This document shows, one piece after another, positions 59,526 to 64,000 of a stretch of DNA of 64,000 nt. This stretch comes from Terriglobia bacterium (GTDB lineage: Bacteria > Acidobacteriota > Terriglobia > Versatilivoradales > Versatilivoraceae), in the NCBI GenBank assembly GCA_022452285.1, contig JAKUNG010000015.1, forward strand, positions 8,482 through 72,481. The letters run 5' to 3'. Position 1 is the stretch's first letter. Every line of letters starts with the position of its first letter. The position numbers and the translations under genes were made by a program. The notes beneath the pieces are model-generated. The model worked only from the letters and a program-made list of their open reading frames with translations, ran no database searches and was not told the DNA's origin.

Positions 59526-60116
59526 TTACCTCTTGCGACCGCAAAACTTGGCAATAGAGTTTAATTGATTATTATCCTCCAATGCAATTCCATAACAGGT
59601 CTCCTCAACATAATCTAGGACTTCGAAATCTCTAAATTCCAATAACAGTTCTTTTTGTTTTAGTTTATACCTCTGATTTACAGCACTATTATTCTCATCA
59701 GTATGTAAGTACGTTTCCATAATAAATAACCCACCAGATTTTAACGATTTTCTTATTTCACCAAAAAGGTTTCTATTTAAATAATAAAAACAAATAACAC
59801 CATCAAAATAATTTTCTGGGAGAAAAAAGCAATCTAAATCAGCCACAACTAAATCAAGATTCAAATCTTTAGATAATGCATTTCTTTTAAGGGCAAAAAG
59901 AGCCTCTTCTGCGATATCAATAGCTACCACGTTATTTCTTTGGGAAGCCATATATAACGCATTGGTACCTAAACCACTTGCTAGATCAAGGATTCTTGCG
60001 TTGTCCGGAAAAGTACTCCACTTTTCAAGCCATTCATTATGGATTTTTGGAGGAATTTTGTTTTGAAGCTTACCTCTGTATTTTTTCCCCCATTTTGTCT
60101 TTTCAGCTATACTCAA
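59526..60116 (-). CDS. Class I SAM-dependent methyltransferase (TehB-like)
   Basis: 196 aa. It has motif I ILDLASGLGTNA, an acidic post-I residue (AIDI) and the LKSGG motif. Confidence 0.8.
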   Translation of the reverse strand: MSIAEKTKWGKKYRGKLQNKIPPKIHNEWLEKWSTFPDNARILDLASGLGTNALYMASQRNNVVAIDIAEEALFALKRNALSKDLNLDLVVADLDCFFLPENYFDGVICFYYLNRNLFGEIRKSLKSGGLFIMETYLHTDENNSAVNQRYKLKQKELLLEFRDFEVLDYVEETCYGIALEDNNQLNSIAKFCGRKR

Positions 60117-60215
60117 GCTATACCTCTATTATTTTATGGTACTTAACAATGATTCGACTGTTTTAGGAAGTAATTCTACATTTAGTCATATCTCATCGTA
60201 GATATTTTATGTCAC

Positions 60216-60245
60216 TTGACAAAATCATCGTCATTTAAATATATT
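60216..60245 (+). promoter_or_regulatory. Candidate sigma-70-type promoter upstream of tRNA-Thr
   Basis: TTGACA (60216-60221), an 18-nt spacer, then TATATT (60240-60245). It lies about 90 nt upstream of the mature tRNA 5' end. Confidence 0.3.
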
Positions 60246-60336
60246 CAGGTTCATGAAAGATTAATAAAATAATTTATACTTCTCCTTTTAAAATGTCGCT
60301 TCTTTTAAAACAACTCATTAATATCTTTATTCTACA

Positions 60337-60412
60337 GCCGACGTAGCTCAGTTGGTAGAGCGGTCGATTCGTAATCGACAGGTCAGCGGTTCAACCCCGC
60401 TCGTCGGCTCCA
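60337..60412 (+). tRNA. tRNA-Thr (anticodon CGU), 76 nt with encoded CCA
   Basis: I folded the cloverleaf by hand. The acceptor stem is GCCGACG/CGTCGGC and the D stem is GCTC/GAGC. The anticodon stem is GTCGA/TCGAC with loop TT-CGT-AA. The T stem is AGCGG/CCGCT with loop TTCAACC. The discriminator is T, followed by CCA. Confidence 0.93.
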
Positions 60413-60502
60413 TTCTCAACGGCATCATAAAGACATTTTTTAATTACTCTTAAATTATTTTTTTCGAAATAGTTTAGCAAATAAATAGGAGTTTTCAGTA
60501 TT

Positions 60503-62215
60503 ATGTGCTCCCAACCTTCTATTAATATTCCTCACTCCCGAAGACTTATTTTATTGGGTTTAATAGCAGCTAATCTTTTTTGCCCTCAGCTATTTTCTTC
60601 CAATAGACCAAAGCCAATAAATCTTTCTAAAAAACATATTCAAGCGGTGGAGAAAGATAGGCGAATTATCATTAATTTTGACACTATTTCTGGTGACAGG
60701 CAATTTGGTGGACAAGATCCAAGTGCTTTAGTCAAATGGAAGTTTCATGTTATTGATGAAAAAGATGTCCAAATTGATAGCGTCTGGTGGGGCTGGGGAG
60801 AGGGAAATCAAGCTCCCTGGCCTAGTAAAACGATGCCATTGTATAACGCCAAGGGTTATCAAGAGTGGGCAGAAAGAGGTATCAATATTGCTGAAATATT
60901 TCTTAAGGAGTCCCATAAGAGAGGAGTCGAAGCTTTTTACAACTATCGTATAAATGGAAGTGATAACGACTTAGGTCCTTTTCGAAAACTTCCTATGAAG
61001 GTTTCGAATCCAAGCTGGTTAATTCATACATGGCCTGGCCCCGTAGGTTTATGGAATTTTGCAATCCCTGAAGTAAGAAAACATAAGCTCAATATTCTCC
61101 GTGAAATTGCTGAAAAGCTAAACTATGATGGAATTTCTCTTGATTTTGCTAGAGTTTGTCCCGTTCTGCCCCCAGGAAAGGGATGGTTAAAACGTGGTAA
61201 AGTTACACAGTTTCTCCGTGACTTTAGGGTAATGACAGAATCGATAGCTGAGAAACGAGGGCGTCCGTTACTAATTGGTCTAAGAATTCCAGAAAATTTA
61301 GAAGGTTGTCACTTTGATGGCCTTGATATTGAATCATGGATAAAAGAAAATTTAGTAGATATTCTAGCTGTTGGCATCCGAAATTTTGACGTAGATCTAG
61401 CAGCATTTCAACGTTTAACCAAAGAAAGTCATGTCAAGATTTACCCTTCAATCGATGACCATCATGCCTCCGACGGATATGCTACTCCTCCAATTGAAAT
61501 TTATCGGGGTGTTGCAACTAATTGGTTAATAACTGGAGCAGATGGAATTCAAACATTTAATTTCAATCATGCACCTGATTTTCCTTTTAAAGATGTCTGG
61601 GAAACACACCTCCAAGCTTATAAGGAAATTGGACGCCTTGAAACGATGAAACACAAAGACAAGCATTTTGTTATACAACGCCGTGGTGGAGGTCATGGAC
61701 CAACCGTTGTTCCTAATCCGGAGGACTGGTATACACCTCGCTGGATGTATTTCAACACTAACATGTTAGCTCCTCTCCCTGTGATACTAAATAACAACAG
61801 TAAGATTGATACTTTCCTATACCTATCTATTGAAGAAGACCTTCTATTTAATAAAGAACATCTAAAATCAATTTCCTTAAAACTTCTCCTCTCCGATAAT
61901 TTGGCAAAAGAGACTTCAATAAATCAACGACTGAATAAAGTTAAAATTGCAACTATTGGACATGCTAGTGGTGGTTTATTTAACATCCCACCATACAAAG
62001 AACTAAAAGAGCAGATTCAAGTTCGATTAAATAATCTTCATTTAGGTAAACCGATTATTCAAAAGGGCTGGCTTTTATTTCCTCAAATTTCTCCAGAGTT
62101 TTTTGCCGTTGGGAAAAACCTTATAGGGGTCTCTTTAGCAAAGTCTAGTCCAGAGCAAATAAATCAGATCCAAATCGAAAAGCTTGAGGTTCATGTTAGA
62201 TACAAGACGGATTAA
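60503..62215 (+). CDS. Hypothetical secreted protein, possibly a glycoside-hydrolase-like TIM barrel
   Basis: 570 aa. The N-terminus has an SRRLILLGL Tat-like or signal sequence. The central region alternates beta/alpha-like segments (DGISLDFAR, LLIGLRIPEN, DILAVGIR). The family is not confidently recognised. Confidence 0.6.
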   Translation: MCSQPSINIPHSRRLILLGLIAANLFCPQLFSSNRPKPINLSKKHIQAVEKDRRIIINFDTISGDRQFGGQDPSALVKWKFHVIDEKDVQIDSVWWGWGEGNQAPWPSKTMPLYNAKGYQEWAERGINIAEIFLKESHKRGVEAFYNYRINGSDNDLGPFRKLPMKVSNPSWLIHTWPGPVGLWNFAIPEVRKHKLNILREIAEKLNYDGISLDFARVCPVLPPGKGWLKRGKVTQFLRDFRVMTESIAEKRGRPLLIGLRIPENLEGCHFDGLDIESWIKENLVDILAVGIRNFDVDLAAFQRLTKESHVKIYPSIDDHHASDGYATPPIEIYRGVATNWLITGADGIQTFNFNHAPDFPFKDVWETHLQAYKEIGRLETMKHKDKHFVIQRRGGGHGPTVVPNPEDWYTPRWMYFNTNMLAPLPVILNNNSKIDTFLYLSIEEDLLFNKEHLKSISLKLLLSDNLAKETSINQRLNKVKIATIGHASGGLFNIPPYKELKEQIQVRLNNLHLGKPIIQKGWLLFPQISPEFFAVGKNLIGVSLAKSSPEQINQIQIEKLEVHVRYKTD

Positions 62216-62373
62216 TTAAGATAATGGCAGAACTCCTTATAAAAAGATCAGGGAAAAGGCTGGATCCTCTATTTATAATTAAATGTTTTGCAATCTCAAT
62301 TGTAGCAAGAGACAATGTGAAGAAAAAAAACTGCAGTTAATAATTTTGACGCCCTTTTCAAGAGGCCTTTCTA

Positions 62374-64000
62374 ATGAGAACTACCTTCACATTTATTTCA
62401 ATTTTTATTGTTCTTCCCATATTTTTAACAAGCTGTACTAATACTAAAGAGATTTCAAATATTCCTAATACAGCTCTTCAGACCCAGCCAGTTAGTTATA
62501 ATCTTGATATCCCAATGGTCAATTACCATTGGGACCCTAGTGCTGGTGATCCAACGGTTCCTGCAAACCTTGGAGGCCCTGGATTCACAGGAAAGGGCTG
62601 GAAATCTAATATGAGATTTTTGGCACTAGGATCAAGCCAAGCTATAAAAGGCGGAACTATGATCCGGGCAATCCCTGATTGGCCTGCGACCCTCAGACAG
62701 GCTGGAAAAGATTGGAACACGTCCTTAAATTATCTTATTAGGGAATTATGCTATGAACCCTTACTAAATATTCATCCAACAACTCTGGAATTTATGCCCG
62801 GACTTGCTACTCATTGGTGGATTTCTAAAGACAAGATGACCTATCGATTCCGTATTAATCCCAAAGCTCGGTGGCATAATGACACAGAGATTACAGCAGA
62901 AGACGTAGTTGCATCTTATGATCTTCGAATGGACCCAACTCTTTTGGATCCATCAAATATTTTAACTTTTGGAAAGTTTTATCGACCAAAGGTTATTTCC
63001 AAATATATTGTTGAGGTGAAAGCAAAAGAAGAAAATTGGAGAAATTTTATCTACTTTTCTGGCACAACAATTTTTCCTGCCGCTGACATCTCAATCTCTG
63101 GATCAAAGTATCTTGACAAATATCAATTTAGTTTCACAGCTAACTCTGGTCCCTACAGAGTTCACCCTGAAGATATTGACACTGGTAAATCTATTCAAGT
63201 TAAACGGCGAAGCAACTGGTGGGACATTGACAATCCCGCTTGGGTAGGACTCTGGAACATTGATACTTTTAAATTTAACGTTGTCATGGATCCTGGTTTA
63301 GCCTTCGAAAAAATAAAGAAGGGAGAACTGGACTATTTTTGGGTACCTAAGGCTCAATGGTGGGTTGAAGAATTAGATAATCTTGATTCAGTGCAAAGAG
63401 GATTACTTTTGAAAAGAAAGTTCTTTACTGACTCTCCCGTAGGAGTTAGTGGAATTGCAATTAATATGAAAAATCCGCCACTCGATGATATTAATGTCCG
63501 AAGAGCTCTTGGATATCTTCATGATCGAAAAACACTTATCGAAAAACTTTTTTTTAATGAATATAAACCTTTAAATAGTTATTACCAAGGAGGCACCTAT
63601 CAGAACCCCAACAATGTTCCCATCAAATACGATGAGTTAAAAGCAGTGAATCTATTAGAGAAATCAGGGTGGACTAAACTGAACAACCAAGGGTACCGTG
63701 TCAAGAACGGTCGAGAATTAAGATTAACACTAACATACCGAAGTCCTCTATCCGAAAGAAGCCTAACCGTTTTTCAGGAATCTTGTAAAAAGGCAGGCAT
63801 CCGTATCGTACTTCAACGCTTAACTCCTGCTGCCAGCTGGAAAAATCTGAGACAAAAACAGTACCAGCTCATGAGCGTAGCATGGGGAGCATTAATCTTT
63901 CCTAATCCTGAAACAGCCTTTCACAGCAGCCTTGCCCTACAAAAAGACAATAACAATGTAACAGGGTTAAATAATTCTTTAGTAGACAAACTTTGTGAAG
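62374..64000 (+). CDS. ABC-transporter substrate-binding lipoprotein, family 5 (peptide/opine/YejA-like); the C-terminus runs off the window end
   Basis: Missing from the ORF track because there is no stop in the window. The frame is open from ATG 62374 to the window end. It starts MRTTFTFISIFIVLPIFLTSC (lipobox). It continues ...PGLATHWWISKDKMTYRFRINPKARWHND.EITAEDV, a typical SBP_bac_5 signature region. Confidence 0.85.
   Translation, partial: MRTTFTFISIFIVLPIFLTSCTNTKEISNIPNTALQTQPVSYNLDIPMVNYHWDPSAGDPTVPANLGGPGFTGKGWKSNMRFLALGSSQAIKGGTMIRAIPDWPATLRQAGKDWNTSLNYLIRELCYEPLLNIHPTTLEFMPGLATHWWISKDKMTYRFRINPKARWHNDTEITAEDVVASYDLRMDPTLLDPSNILTFGKFYRPKVISKYIVEVKAKEENWRNFIYFSGTTIFPAADISISGSKYLDKYQFSFTANSGPYRVHPEDIDTGKSIQVKRRSNWWDIDNPAWVGLWNIDTFKFNVVMDPGLAFEKIKKGELDYFWVPKAQWWVEELDNLDSVQRGLLLKRKFFTDSPVGVSGIAINMKNPPLDDINVRRALGYLHDRKTLIEKLFFNEYKPLNSYYQGGTYQNPNNVPIKYDELKAVNLLEKSGWTKLNNQGYRVKNGRELRLTLTYRSPLSERSLTVFQESCKKAGIRIVLQRLTPAASWKNLRQKQYQLMSVAWGALIFPNPETAFHSSLALQKDNNNVTGLNNSLVDKLCE

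Noticed and set aside
60337-62215. Genomic island integrated at tRNA-Thr
   Set aside because: There is no integrase, no repeat of the tRNA 3' end in the window, and no visible compositional change.

Overview
This is an AT-rich, gene-dense chromosomal segment with about 52 CDS and one tRNA. It comes from a diderm bacterium, since lnt, lpxD and murJ are present; I cannot assign a lineage from sequence alone. Almost everything is housekeeping.

Gene content in order:
- ahcY (cut by the window start) and a beta-oxidation operon (acyl-CoA ligase, FadN-type dehydrogenase/hydratase, thiolase).
- The glycine-cleavage operon gcvT-gcvH-gcvPA-gcvPB.
- A stand-alone groES and a class-V aminotransferase.
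- An M28 peptidase, pheA, a DUF1015 protein and nadA.
- A Tex-like protein, an AlaX editing protein and thrC.
- One long co-directional minus-strand array: NfeD, stomatin, SPOR protein, lnt, KDG kinase, KDPG aldolase, YjhG/YagF-type sugar-acid dehydratase, ferredoxin-type sulfite reductase and a hypothetical.
- An S41 protease, an FGE-like protein and a redoxin.
- Two secreted PQQ-like beta-propellers, a degenerate amidohydrolase lipoprotein, an FAH-family protein and queD.
- recO-glyQ-glyS, xerD, lpxD, murJ, an MFS transporter, a cupin, thiS, a methyltransferase and tRNA-Thr(CGU).
- A TIM-barrel-like secreted protein and a family-5 solute-binding lipoprotein that runs off the window end.

I saw no rRNA, CRISPR array, transposase, phage or integron genes, or recognisable defence genes. 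I could not identify a convincing novel multi-gene system.

The best leads are modest:
- an exact 15-bp GC-rich direct repeat bracketing recO-glyQS beside xerD;
- a queD that cannot start at any canonical start codon;
- a secreted amidohydrolase homologue that has lost all metal and catalytic ligands;
- a sulfite reductase with a long C-terminal extension followed by an unknown conserved ORF;
- an orphan groES;
- a 437-bp non-coding gap with sRNA-like signals.

All functional calls come from reading motifs in the translated ORFs. No database search was run.
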